A stretch of DNA of 64,000 nucleotides from Vicinamibacteria bacterium (GCA_964291235.2 OZ219816.1:1120001-1184000); one strand, 5' to 3'. Shown: positions 16,995-27,320, numbered from the stretch's first letter. The notes: generated from the letters alone by a model not told the origin. Numbers and translations are program-made.

Positions 16995-19700
16995 CTATCC
17001 CGCTTCGTCGGGACGGTCCGTTGAAACGGCCTTGGCGGAACCGTCTTCGGGAGGCGGGGAAAGCACCTCGACGTCGTGACCCTGCCAACGGAAAGAGGTC
17101 TCATTTCGCTTCGCGGCGAGCGCGGCGGCGGTCGAGAACCTGGTGGGAAGGTAGTGCGGCCGATCACCGCCGTGGGGCAGTCCGGCACCCGTAAAACGCG
17201 TCTTCCAGGAGAAGGCCAGGGTGTCCCGCGCCCGGGTCATCGCCACGTACATGCAGCGCTGTTCCTCGGAGGCGCCGCGTCCTCCGTCCTCCACCGCCCA
17301 AGCCGTGCCGGCGCGTACCAGCGCGATGTTCCAGACGCCCGCGTCACTCTCCACGACCTTGGGGATACGGTTTTCCGGTGGCGGCCGACCTCCGCAATCC
17401 ACGACGAACACATGGTCGAACTCGAGTCCCTTGGCGGCGTGGATGGAAAGCGCCTGCACGGCTCCGGCCGCCTGAAACGGGGCCTGGGTCGTGTCGCCGC
17501 TCTCCGCGGCGGCGAGGCGCTCCGCGACCCGCTCGAACGTGGTGAAGCCGTCCCGTTCGAAGCTGCGCAGGAGACCGAGCCCCTTGGTGAGGTTGGCGGC
17601 CTGCTGGCGGGCCGCGAACCGGTTTTCGGCCGCTGCCTCCGCCCGCTCCAGGTACCTGGTCTCTTCGAGGACGCGAATGACGGTGGCGGACGGCGGCAGG
17701 CAGCGGGCGTGAGCGACCCAGCGAGTCGCTGCCGCGCCGGCGCGGAGTAGCCGTTCGCGGGTCGTGGGCTCCAGTTCCCCGGGCAGGGCATCCCCGCCCA
17801 ACCGAAGGAGGTCGGCGAAGGGAGTCTCGGACGACCGCAGCCGGCGCAAGCGGGCGAAGTCGTCGCCGGGAAGAGCGAAGAACCGGGAGCGGAGCAACTC
17901 GACGGCGCGCCGGTCGGACCACGGCCGAGCCAGGAAACGGCAGAGGGCGTGCAGGTCACGGATTTCGCTCGTGTCGAAAAACCCGGCTCCCTTCAGGAGG
18001 TACGTGGGGATGTCGCGCGCTTCCACGGCCTCGCGGTAGGTGTGAAGGTGTTTCCCGGCGCGGGCCAGTAGTGCAATCTGTTCGGGCGGGACACCGTCCT
18101 CGCGGACCAGCGCCTCGATGCGCCGGGCAATGCGGGCGGCGACTTCGTCGTGGCTTCCGGCCACGGCGACCGAGATGGGCCCCCGCGAGGCCCGTCGCTC
18201 CTCTCGGGGAGCGGCGTTCTCGGGGAGGTGGTCGTCCTCCCCGTAGCGAAACGCCCAGTCCGCCGCGCTATCGCCGCCGCCCTCTTCCGCGATCTCCCGC
18301 GAAGCGCTGTTTACGAACCGGCGCAGCAGCCGGTGCGAGCGGAAGTTCCACCGGAGCACCACCCGGGCGGGGCCGCTTCCGGATTCGGGGTTGCCCAGGG
18401 AGGCGATCTCCCGCTCCGCCCGGCTCAGGATTTCAACCCGGGCGTCGCGGAAGCGGTAGATGGACTGTTTGTGGTCCCCCACGAGAAAGATCGTGGGGCC
18501 CGAGAGCCGCCCCTTCGTCGCCCGTTGGACCTCCTCGGCGGCGAGGCCCATTCCCGCTCGCCACGGGGCGATGATCGCCCGCAGCAGATCCCACTGGTGG
18601 TCACTCGTATCGTGGAACTCGTCCAGCAGGAGGTGGTGGAAGCGGGTTTCCAGCCGGAAGCGGCTCGCCGAGAATTCCCCAAGCCCGGAGAGCAGCCGGG
18701 TGGCGGTGAGAGTGAGGTCGTCGAAGTCCATGACCCCCTGTTCGGACTTGAGCCGCTGGTACTCCGCCTCCACCGCCTGAAAGAACAGCCACATCGGCTC
18801 GAACGCCCGTTCGTTCTGAAAATCGAGCCAGCGGGTGCGGAAGGCCTTCACCCGGTCCGCTACCGCGGAGAAATGCGGCTTCAAGTCGTCCGGGAATCCA
18901 GCCGGCGGAGTCTTCCGGCGAACCGGGAAGAACTGCTCGAGGGCTTCCCGGTCGAGAGCATCCCGGCTACTGGGCTGTGGTTCGAGTCCCAGCGCGAAAA
19001 GCGCGCCGAGCGGCATGGCAATGCGGGCGGTATCCCCGGTTGCCGCCTCCCGAAGGCGTTCGCAGGAAGCGCGCACGGGTTCGAGCGCGTCCCGCAGCGA
19101 AGGCGGCGACTCCGGTTTTCGGTCTTGGCGGCCGCGGGCCTTTGCCTCGAAGAAGCTCCGCCAGGCGAGCCTCCGCTCGATGTAATTCCCCGCGGCCTTT
19201 GCGACCTCGCCGGCGGCGCAATTCAGGATCAACGGGAGCGAGCCGAGCAGTTCGCGGTCGAAGCCGGTGATTCCGGAGGAGACCCGCTGGATCGCCTCCG
19301 CCCGGACCACCGGCATCGAGCGTTCGTCGAGAACCTCCATGCCGGGGGTGACCCGGGCGTCCAACGGAAACTCACGGATCAGGCCCAGGGTGAACGCATC
19401 GAGGGTTGAGATGTTGATTTCCGCGAGGTCTGCCCGGCCGGCGAGAGCCCGCCGACGATCCGCCTTGGCCAGTTCATCGAGGATCCGGTCCTTCATCTCC
19501 TGCGCCGCTTTGCGCGTGAAGGTGAGCGCGAGAATGTTTCGGGGCGAGGTTCCCGCCTCGACGAGCGCCACGTAACGTTCGGTGAGCACGGTGGTCTTCC
19601 CGGTCCCCGCGGACGCCCGAAGGACGACGTTTCGCCCGGGATCGGCGGCGGCGCGACGCTCGGCCAGGTCGGGCGGGAAGGTCGCGGGCGCGCTATGCAT
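16995..19700 (-). CDS. addA: UvrD/AddA-type SF1 helicase lacking the C-terminal nuclease domain
   Basis: ASAGTGKTT, LTFTRKAAQEM, LLDEFHDT, VGDHKQSIYRFR, NFRS, SIHAAKGLEF, YVAMTRAR. Confidence 0.85.
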   Translation of the reverse strand: MHSAPATFPPDLAERRAAADPGRNVVLRASAGTGKTTVLTERYVALVEAGTSPRNILALTFTRKAAQEMKDRILDELAKADRRRALAGRADLAEINISTLDAFTLGLIREFPLDARVTPGMEVLDERSMPVVRAEAIQRVSSGITGFDRELLGSLPLILNCAAGEVAKAAGNYIERRLAWRSFFEAKARGRQDRKPESPPSLRDALEPVRASCERLREAATGDTARIAMPLGALFALGLEPQPSSRDALDREALEQFFPVRRKTPPAGFPDDLKPHFSAVADRVKAFRTRWLDFQNERAFEPMWLFFQAVEAEYQRLKSEQGVMDFDDLTLTATRLLSGLGEFSASRFRLETRFHHLLLDEFHDTSDHQWDLLRAIIAPWRAGMGLAAEEVQRATKGRLSGPTIFLVGDHKQSIYRFRDARVEILSRAEREIASLGNPESGSGPARVVLRWNFRSHRLLRRFVNSASREIAEEGGGDSAADWAFRYGEDDHLPENAAPREERRASRGPISVAVAGSHDEVAARIARRIEALVREDGVPPEQIALLARAGKHLHTYREAVEARDIPTYLLKGAGFFDTSEIRDLHALCRFLARPWSDRRAVELLRSRFFALPGDDFARLRRLRSSETPFADLLRLGGDALPGELEPTTRERLLRAGAAATRWVAHARCLPPSATVIRVLEETRYLERAEAAAENRFAARQQAANLTKGLGLLRSFERDGFTTFERVAERLAAAESGDTTQAPFQAAGAVQALSIHAAKGLEFDHVFVVDCGGRPPPENRIPKVVESDAGVWNIALVRAGTAWAVEDGGRGASEEQRCMYVAMTRARDTLAFSWKTRFTGAGLPHGGDRPHYLPTRFSTAAALAAKRNETSFRWQGHDVEVLSPPPEDGSAKAVSTDRPDEAG

Positions 19701-22700
19701 CGTTCCGGGCGTCGCCGCCCGATTCCTGTGCTTCCGGGCCGGATTCCGGCAGATCCCGCCGGATCACCAGCGGAAAGTCGAACTTCCCGTCTTCTTCCGG
19801 CGCGGGTGGAAACGCGCCCTGCGCCAAGCCTTCCCGGATCGCCGCCAACTGGGCGTCCTGCTTGGGGACCGCCGGTCCATCGTCCGGCCCGATCCACTGC
19901 CGGTTGCCGAAGTAGGGGATGGCGAAATCGGTTGGCACACCGTCACCCGCCTCGAGAATGCGTGCGTAAATGCGGGCCTGGAGGGGTTTTTCGTAGTAGC
20001 GGCCGGATTTGTATTCGATCACCCGGCGAGCGCCGCCGGGACGCCGGTCCAGACGGTCCAGCCGGCCGTGAACGCGCAACGCCGGGCTCCCGCTCGCGGC
20101 GGGCTCCGCTTCGCCCTCAATCCACGCCTCGAAGCGGACGGGAACCGTTGGACCGCAGCCGGCCTCTTCGCGGAGAAACCACTCCAGAGCTCCGGGGGTT
20201 GCCTCGCCGCCGAAGAGCCAGCGCTCCTCGGTGCGCCGTTCGGTCTCGGAGAGCCGCCGCTCCTCGGCGAAGCTTCGGAACTCGGCCCGGAAGAACGCGA
20301 GAAGGTCGTCCACTTCCGATTCCCCGGGGGTCAGGCCGGCGCCGGGCAGGGCGGCGTAGCCGCGCTCGAGGAAATCGTGGAGAAGGCTGCCGCGCTCGGT
20401 GGGCGGGGGCACGTCGGCGAGCGGCCGTTCCTCGTCGAGACGGAGGACGTTGCGGGCAAAGAACTGCGCCGGGCTCTTCAAGTAGCGGTCGAGCCCGGTC
20501 GGAGACACGGGCCCCTCGAGCACCGCGGCGGAAGGCGCGCGCCGGTCGAGGGTGGTGGCGAGGGGATTGACGCGCCTTGTGGGTGTTGCGGGTTGCGGAA
20601 TGGGGGAATCGGGAACCTCGGTCCGGGGGAGGTCCCGGGCGCGGAGCGCCTCACTGACCTCCACTTCGAAAGGTGATGCCGCCACCGGAAAACTGTCGTC
20701 GAGTGCGGGGCGGCTGAACGCGATGCCCCGGCGAGGCAGCCCCGGGAAGCTCCTCAAGAGCCGGATTTCCCGCTTCCGGACCTCCGCCTGACGCCTGCGC
20801 GTAGCTTTTTCGAGGAGCCCGTGCGGGAAAAAGATGTTTTGCGGCCGGGGCCCGGGCCAGTCGGCGTCTGCGAGCCCCAGCAGCATCAGAAAGTCGTAGT
20901 CGCCGAGGCATGCGTCGGTGGCGGCGATCAAGGCCACGCCGTCGTCGCCTGAGTACGTCGCCGGCGCCGCACGCCGCTTCAGGAGCCGCCGCAGGCGGCG
21001 GGGAAATTGCGCGGTTCCGCCCGCCAGGCTGCCCGGCGGCGCGGCGCCCGCCGCCTGGCGACAGGTCTGGACGACGGTATCGAGGATTTCTGAGTCGGTA
21101 TCGGCTCCCAGCGACTGCTCGACGAATTCGAGGAACGCGGTGATTGCCGCCTTGAAGCTGGCTTCGGGATCACGGAGAGGGGCGAGCGTCTCGGCGGCCG
21201 CGGTGAGCGTCCCGAGGGCGGCGGCGGAGGTCTCGAGCGCGTCGGCGCGGGCGAGGAGCCGCTCGGGAAGAGGTTCTGAATCCGGTCCTGCCCCCTCGCA
21301 TTGCGAGCGCGCGTCGGCGGCCTCGCGCGCGAGACGGGCGGCGAGCCGGGGGAGCTCCTCGGGAGGATTCGTATCCCGCATCCCCGCATCGAGCGCTGTC
21401 CTTGCGAGGAGATCGGCGGCGCGCTGCGGCGCCACGGGCAGCTCCGGGGCTCGGAAGAAAGGACTACGAAGGAGATTGAGGCCGGACGAGAGCCGTCCCG
21501 GAGATGCGCTGAACTCGAGGACATCCGACAGGGACGCCACCCAGGGATGATTCGTGAATCCCCGGCGCAGCGGGGTGGCGAAAGGTATCCCGCGTCGGCC
21601 GAGTTCCGCTTCCACGCCGTCGAAATACCCGGATGGGTTTTGGGCCGCGAGCGCACAGCGGCCGAATCCCCTGAAGGCGTCCCCCTGGTCGTCCCGGAAG
21701 CGGAGCAACAACGCGGCCGCGAGCCGTACTTCCTCCTCGCGATCGGTCAGCCGGAACACGAAGCGCTGCCTCTCCGCGCTGCTCGCAGGCAGGTACAGCG
21801 TGGGCCGGTGCGCGCGAATGCCCTCGGTCGGAGCGGGTGGGGGCGCGAACAGGGTGGGTTGGGGGCGTGCGGGAGGTTCGCCGCCAGGAAGTTCTCGCGT
21901 TTCTTCTCGCGCCTCCAGGCCACGCGGCAGGACGGGATTGGGGGCGGACTCGGGAAGGGCCCAGGCGCACGTTTCGGGCGCCACCAGAACGGTGAGAAGC
22001 TGCAGGTCCGCGGGACGGAGCGCGTCCTCCCCAACCGCGAGCACGCGGACGCCCCGCAATGCGCTTCGGAGGGCCGGGGCCTGCTCGAACAGGCGCTCCC
22101 GGAGCGAGCCGGGATCGGCGCTGCCTGCTTGCGTGAGCGCTTCCTGGTAGCGGCGGTGGACACTTCGGAGCCAGCGCGCGAGGCGGAGCAGCCGGACGGC
22201 GCCTTCGTCGGTCTCCTGGACTTCTTCGAGTTGGCGTTCAACGCGCGCGGCAAAGGTCTCGAAGGCGGAGTGGCCGGGCCGGAAGGACGCGTCGCGCGCC
22301 TGCTCGTCGAGGAACGCGAGCAACGGATCCACGAAGTGCGTCGGATCTCCCGGCGGCGCATCGGGCGCCTCGCGTTCGGCGAGCAGGGCTTCCTCGAGCA
22401 GCAGCTCGCGGGCCAGCGGGGCCGCGATCCGGAACGGCGGATCGAGATCGCCGCCGAGATCCCGGAAGAAGTTGTCCGCGGTGCCCACCCGCGGGAGTAG
22501 AGAACCCGGCGGCAGCCGGCGCCGGAGCATCCGGTCGAGAGTCCACGCCGGGCCTATCCCCGGAACCAGGATTTCCACCCGCCGGACGAGGCCTGGCAGA
22601 GTGGCGCCGGAGGCCTCCCGTACGACCCACTCCCGCAGCGCTCCGCAGGCAGGGAACCGCCTGAGCCCGATCCGACGCGAGGAATCCGTGCCGGCGCCTC

Positions 22701-22743
22701 GGGGGGTCATAAACGCCGGGATGATACGAGCGTGTTCGGCCAT
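19693..22743 (-). CDS. addB: AddB-like inactive helicase with C-terminal PD-(D/E)XK nuclease
   Basis: Overlaps the addA start; degenerate helicase motifs (DREEEV, LLGLADADWP); nuclease RGSLLH, GRLDRLD, IEYKSG, LQARIY. Confidence 0.8.
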   Translation of the reverse strand: MAEHARIIPAFMTPRGAGTDSSRRIGLRRFPACGALREWVVREASGATLPGLVRRVEILVPGIGPAWTLDRMLRRRLPPGSLLPRVGTADNFFRDLGGDLDPPFRIAAPLARELLLEEALLAEREAPDAPPGDPTHFVDPLLAFLDEQARDASFRPGHSAFETFAARVERQLEEVQETDEGAVRLLRLARWLRSVHRRYQEALTQAGSADPGSLRERLFEQAPALRSALRGVRVLAVGEDALRPADLQLLTVLVAPETCAWALPESAPNPVLPRGLEAREETRELPGGEPPARPQPTLFAPPPAPTEGIRAHRPTLYLPASSAERQRFVFRLTDREEEVRLAAALLLRFRDDQGDAFRGFGRCALAAQNPSGYFDGVEAELGRRGIPFATPLRRGFTNHPWVASLSDVLEFSASPGRLSSGLNLLRSPFFRAPELPVAPQRAADLLARTALDAGMRDTNPPEELPRLAARLAREAADARSQCEGAGPDSEPLPERLLARADALETSAAALGTLTAAAETLAPLRDPEASFKAAITAFLEFVEQSLGADTDSEILDTVVQTCRQAAGAAPPGSLAGGTAQFPRRLRRLLKRRAAPATYSGDDGVALIAATDACLGDYDFLMLLGLADADWPGPRPQNIFFPHGLLEKATRRRQAEVRKREIRLLRSFPGLPRRGIAFSRPALDDSFPVAASPFEVEVSEALRARDLPRTEVPDSPIPQPATPTRRVNPLATTLDRRAPSAAVLEGPVSPTGLDRYLKSPAQFFARNVLRLDEERPLADVPPPTERGSLLHDFLERGYAALPGAGLTPGESEVDDLLAFFRAEFRSFAEERRLSETERRTEERWLFGGEATPGALEWFLREEAGCGPTVPVRFEAWIEGEAEPAASGSPALRVHGRLDRLDRRPGGARRVIEYKSGRYYEKPLQARIYARILEAGDGVPTDFAIPYFGNRQWIGPDDGPAVPKQDAQLAAIREGLAQGAFPPAPEEDGKFDFPLVIRRDLPESGPEAQESGGDARNDA

Positions 22744-23003
22744 TTCCTGTCACGCTCCGACCACCGCACCTGATGAGCGGCTGTTGCGCCGGGCAGCGCG
22801 GGAGGCCCGCGCCGCGCCCGCATGCTCGCGGGAGACTCGGCGCCACTTCGGCGCCGGCGAGCCAGCCGGGTTGGTAGCATCGCCGCCGGGTTCGCCGACT
22901 GCTCTCGAACCCGCCCTACGCTCCTGACGGATTCGGACTCTTGGCGCGGCACCCGGCAACGGCGTATTCCCGCGCGGCCACGCGTTCGGACGGCTTGACC
23001 TCC

Positions 23004-24245
23004 GTGACCGGCAGCCTGAGCCAGCGGGCGCCGCGGGAGGTTGCGGCACTTCGGGCGGAACTACGGTCGTTTCGTGAATTCGGGAGGGCGACCAGAGTCG
23101 TGTCGTTTCCCGATACCGATGTCCGCCTGCCTGTGTACGTGAACGAGTTCTGGACCTCGAAACAGCGGGCGGCCCACTCCCTCCACGAAATCTCCTACCG
23201 CGCGTGTTTCAAACCCCAACTGCCGCGGTTCTTCATTACGCGGCTGACGGCGCCCGGCGAGCTGGTGCATGACCCGTTTATGGGCCGCGGCACCACGCTC
23301 CTGGAGGCCGCGCTGCTCGGGCGGCGCGCCGTCGGTTCCGATCTGAACCCGCTGAGTGCGCATTTGCTCGAACCGCGGTTCGATCCTCCGCGGGTCGCCG
23401 AGGTGGCCGAGCGGCTGGCCTCGCTCGATCTCGAACGCCCGTGCCCGGCGCCGCCAGACCTTCTCGCGTTCTACCACCCGGCCACCCTGCGCCAGATCGT
23501 CAACCTGCGCGCGGAGTTGCTCCGGCGCCGGACGGCGGGAACGGCGGATCGCGTGGATCGCTGGATTCAGATGGTGACGACGAATCGGCTCACCGGGCAC
23601 TCCCCCGGTTTCCTGTCGGTGTACACCCTGCCGCCGAACCAGGCGGCTTCCGTCCGGTCGCAACGCCGGATCAACGAACGGCGCAACCAGGCCCCGCCGG
23701 AGCGCGACTTGCGGGCCCTCGTCCTGAAAAAGACCCGCTCCCTGCTCACCCGCCTGGAGTCGGGGGAACGGGCGCGCCTCGCGGCGGCGGACGCCGTGCT
23801 GCTCACGGGCTCCGCGGACGCTACACCGCGGATCGGCGACGGCGCCGTTCGGCTCGCGGTGACGTCGCCGCCCTTCCTCGACGTGGTGGACTACCGTGCG
23901 GACAACTGGCTGCGCTGCTGGTTCAACGGTCTCGATGCGGCTAAGGTGGCGCTGTGGCAGTGGAAGCGTGCGGCCGACTGGCAGGCCGCGATGACGCGCG
24001 TCTTTCGGGAGTTGTCGCGGGTGCTCGCTCGGTGGGGTTTGGTGGCATTCGAAGTCGGCGAAGTACGAAGCGGGCGCTTGTTGCTCGAGACGCTCGTGGT
24101 GCCGGCGGCGCGAGAGGCGGGCCTCGAGCCGCTTCTGGTCCTCGTGAACGATCAGCGGTTCACCAAGACCTCCAACTGCTGGGGCGTGGACAACCAACGA
24201 AAAGGCACCAATACGAACCGCGTGGTCCTGCTCCAAAAACCCTGA
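23004..24245 (+). CDS. Orphan amino (N4-C/N6-A) DNA methyltransferase; start uncertain (22941-23004)
   Basis: SAM-binding DPFMGRGTT followed later by catalytic TSPPF. Confidence 0.85.
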   Translation: MTGSLSQRAPREVAALRAELRSFREFGRATRVVSFPDTDVRLPVYVNEFWTSKQRAAHSLHEISYRACFKPQLPRFFITRLTAPGELVHDPFMGRGTTLLEAALLGRRAVGSDLNPLSAHLLEPRFDPPRVAEVAERLASLDLERPCPAPPDLLAFYHPATLRQIVNLRAELLRRRTAGTADRVDRWIQMVTTNRLTGHSPGFLSVYTLPPNQAASVRSQRRINERRNQAPPERDLRALVLKKTRSLLTRLESGERARLAAADAVLLTGSADATPRIGDGAVRLAVTSPPFLDVVDYRADNWLRCWFNGLDAAKVALWQWKRAADWQAAMTRVFRELSRVLARWGLVAFEVGEVRSGRLLLETLVVPAAREAGLEPLLVLVNDQRFTKTSNCWGVDNQRKGTNTNRVVLLQKP

Positions 24246-24249
24246 CCCG

Positions 24250-27174
24250 ATGAAACGACGCCTGCGGGGCCGCCGGAGCGGTTTGCTGGCCGGAAACGTC
24301 ATCGCCTGGCTTCTCCTGGGGGGCGGCGCCACCGGGAGCGGGGAGGAACCGGAGGACACGGCGCGGCGCGTCCTCGCGGGACTGAGCCTCGAGGAGAAGG
24401 TGGGCCAGGTGCTCATGCCGCGCGCGCCCGCTGAGTTCCGCAATCTGGCGGATCCGGACCGTCAACAGTTGATCGAGATGGCGCAGGCGGGCCGCCTGGG
24501 CGGCGTCGTCGTGTTCGCCGGCAGTCCCGAGGGAACCCGGGACATCACCGGCGCCCTGCAGGCGGCCGCACCCCTCCCGGTCCTGGTCGGCGCCGACTAC
24601 GAGTGGGGCACTCCGATGCGCACTGCAGGCGGCACCCGTTTCCCTCCGGCGATGCAGTCGGCCGCGGCGCCCGATGCGGCCGCTCTCGAGCGCCAGGGCC
24701 GCATCGTGGCGCGGGAGGCCCGCGCCGTGGGAGTTCACCTGGTGCTGGCCCCGGTGCTGGACGTCCTGCAGAGCGCGTCGAGCGCGGTGATCGGCACCCG
24801 TTCTTTCGGTTCCGATCCCGACCTGGTGGCCGAGCTTGGGGTCGCCTTCGTGCGGGGAGTCGAAGCGGGCGGGGCGCTCGCCACCGCGAAGCACTTTCCG
24901 GGGCACGGCGGGACCGCGGCGGACTCCCACCACCGACTCGCCCTGGTGCCGGCGGATCGGGAGCACCTCGACCGGGTCGATCTGGCGCCCTTTCGCGCAG
25001 CGGTCCGGGCCGGCGTCTCCGCGGTCATGCCGGGGCATCTCGCGGTGCCGGCGCTCGACGGCCGCGACGACCGTCCCGCCGTGCTTTCTCCGGAGATGCT
25101 CGGTGGACTTCTCCGGTCGGAGTTCCGCTTCACCGGGCTGGTGGTGAGCGACGCGCTGGAGATGGAGGGCGCGCGCGCCGGGCGGTTTGACGGCGAGGTC
25201 GCGGCGCTGGCGCTCGGCGCCGGAGTGGACGTGATCCTCGTTCCCCGCGACCCGGAAGTGGCACACCAGGCACTCGTGCGGGCGGCCGAAGCCGGCCGGC
25301 TGGATGCGGAGCGTCTCGACGAAGCGGTGCTGCGGGTGCTGGAAGCGAAGGCACGACTTGGCCTGTTCGACGATCGGGCCCCTCCGGAGCCGCTGGCGGA
25401 AGCCTTTGGCGATCCGGCGGCCCGCGACTGGGCGGAGTCGCTTTTTGGCCGGGGACTGACTCTGGTACGCGATCCGGAGGGGCTCCTCCCGTGGTCCACC
25501 CGGATCACCGGCGCGCCGGGGGGAGCAGCCGGTCGAACACCCGAACTGCTCCTGATCGAGGTGCATCAGGAAGGCCCCTACGAGCCGGACCGCCGGACTT
25601 TCCGGGCGGAGATCCGCCGGCGGGGCGCCCTCATGTCGCGGATTCCGACAACCCGCCACGGCGCTCTTCCGCTGGCCCGGTTCGCCCGGGACGCCGACCG
25701 GGCGGACGCCGTGGTGATCGCCGACTATCGGAAGAACGGGCTCGATATGCCGGCCGAGTTGGCGGACGCCGTGACTCCCTTCGCCGAGAGACTGCTCCTG
25801 GTTTCCTTCGGCAACCCGCACGGAGTCCGGAACGCGCCTGCGGAAGCGGCAGTCCTGCTCGCCTGGGACGGCGCCCGGGAGAACCAGCTAGCGGCCGCCG
25901 CGGCGCTCTTCGGCGAGACTTCGCTCGAGGGACGGTTGCCCATTCCGCTCGAGGGAGCGCCCGCGGGGGCGGGAGTCCCAAAACCGGCGGAGCGGCAACG
26001 GCTTCGTCCCGTCGAACCCGGGGAGGTCGGCATGAGTCGCGAAGGCGTCGAGAACATCCGCGCGGTTGTCGAGGCGGCCATCGCCGAAGGCGTGACGCCG
26101 GGTGCGAGCGCTCTCGTGGTCCACCGGGGCAGGGTGCTGCTCCAGGAGGGGTTCGGGCGGCTGACCTATGACGAGGGTGCGGCCGAAGTAACCCCGGAGA
26201 CGATCTATGACCTCGCCTCGCTCACCAAGGTCGTCGGGACGACAACCCTGGTGATGATGCTCGTGGAAGAGGGCGCGCTCGACGTCACCTTGCCGGTCAG
26301 CGCCTATCTGCCCGAGTTTCTCGACCAGGCGCCCTCCGAGGAAGAACGGAGCCGGCGCCGGGGAGTCACCGTCGCGGATTTGCTCGCCCACAGTTCCGGT
26401 CTCCCGGCCTGGATCCAGTTCTATCTGGAATTCGATCCCGAGGCTCGCGGGCTTCCGCTCGACGAGGCGCGGCGGCGGGTGTTCGACCGGATCGTGGGGG
26501 CCACCTCCGACTACGAACCCCGGACGGACACTGTGTACTCGGACAACGGAATCCTGCTGCTCGGCGAAACGATCGAGCGGGTCTCCGGAAAGACACTTGA
26601 CGTGCTGGTCCAGGAGCGCCTCTTCGGACCTCTCGGCATGAACAGCACCCGCTACCGGCCACCTGCCGCGTGGGTGGAGCGCATCGCGCCGACCGAGGAC
26701 AACCCCTGGCGCGGCACAGTGGTGCGCGGGCAGGTCCATGACGAGAACACGGTGGTGCTCGGCGAAGTCGCCGCCCATGCCGGATTGTTCAGCACCACCG
26801 GGGACCTCGGTGTGTTCCTCCAGATGTTGCTGAACGGCGGTTCCATGAACGGCACGCGGTTGTTGCGGGCGGACACCATCGAACACTTCACGAGGCGCGC
26901 GGGCCTGCACCCCGGAAGCAGCAGGGCGCTCGGCTGGGACACTCCCTCCCGGACGGCTTCCGGCGGCCCGTCCTCAGCCGGCGAGTATTTTTCGGCCTCC
27001 TCCTTCGGGCACACCGGCTTCACCGGCACCTCCATCTGGGTCGATCCGGAACGCGAGGTCTTTTGTGTGCTGTTGACGAACCGCGTGTACCCCACCCGGG
27101 AGAACGACGGGATCTTTCGCCTCCGTCCGGCCTTCCACGACGCGGTGATCGAGGCTCTCCCGGGTGATCGCTGA
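24250..27174 (+). CDS. GH3 beta-N-acetylglucosaminidase (NagZ-like) fused to a beta-lactamase-family serine hydrolase (AmiE-like)
   Basis: KHFPGHG..DSH, SDALEM; C-terminal ASLTK (SxxK), YSD, GHTGFTG; N-terminal signal-like segment. Confidence 0.9.
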   Translation: MKRRLRGRRSGLLAGNVIAWLLLGGGATGSGEEPEDTARRVLAGLSLEEKVGQVLMPRAPAEFRNLADPDRQQLIEMAQAGRLGGVVVFAGSPEGTRDITGALQAAAPLPVLVGADYEWGTPMRTAGGTRFPPAMQSAAAPDAAALERQGRIVAREARAVGVHLVLAPVLDVLQSASSAVIGTRSFGSDPDLVAELGVAFVRGVEAGGALATAKHFPGHGGTAADSHHRLALVPADREHLDRVDLAPFRAAVRAGVSAVMPGHLAVPALDGRDDRPAVLSPEMLGGLLRSEFRFTGLVVSDALEMEGARAGRFDGEVAALALGAGVDVILVPRDPEVAHQALVRAAEAGRLDAERLDEAVLRVLEAKARLGLFDDRAPPEPLAEAFGDPAARDWAESLFGRGLTLVRDPEGLLPWSTRITGAPGGAAGRTPELLLIEVHQEGPYEPDRRTFRAEIRRRGALMSRIPTTRHGALPLARFARDADRADAVVIADYRKNGLDMPAELADAVTPFAERLLLVSFGNPHGVRNAPAEAAVLLAWDGARENQLAAAAALFGETSLEGRLPIPLEGAPAGAGVPKPAERQRLRPVEPGEVGMSREGVENIRAVVEAAIAEGVTPGASALVVHRGRVLLQEGFGRLTYDEGAAEVTPETIYDLASLTKVVGTTTLVMMLVEEGALDVTLPVSAYLPEFLDQAPSEEERSRRRGVTVADLLAHSSGLPAWIQFYLEFDPEARGLPLDEARRRVFDRIVGATSDYEPRTDTVYSDNGILLLGETIERVSGKTLDVLVQERLFGPLGMNSTRYRPPAAWVERIAPTEDNPWRGTVVRGQVHDENTVVLGEVAAHAGLFSTTGDLGVFLQMLLNGGSMNGTRLLRADTIEHFTRRAGLHPGSSRALGWDTPSRTASGGPSSAGEYFSASSFGHTGFTGTSIWVDPEREVFCVLLTNRVYPTRENDGIFRLRPAFHDAVIEALPGDR

Positions 27175-27320
27175 CCTCTCCCGGCTCCGGAAAGCGGTCG
27201 CGCTCCGGTAATCCCTGCGGTTTGGCCGGGGGCTGCGGCTTCCCGTACACTCACCGGGTTCGGCGCCCGGGTGGCGCCGGTGACTCCATTCCGTCGGGGC
27301 AGTGACTCCGGGAGAAAGAA

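Noticed and set aside
22770-22940. CTGATGAG suggesting a hammerhead ribozyme
   Set aside because: No appropriately placed GAAA core or supporting stems.
16405-24245. Helicase + nuclease + methyltransferase read as an anti-phage defence island
   Set aside because: The helicase/nuclease pair has AddAB architecture and order, the methylase is divergently transcribed, and there is no evident compositional shift or mobility gene.
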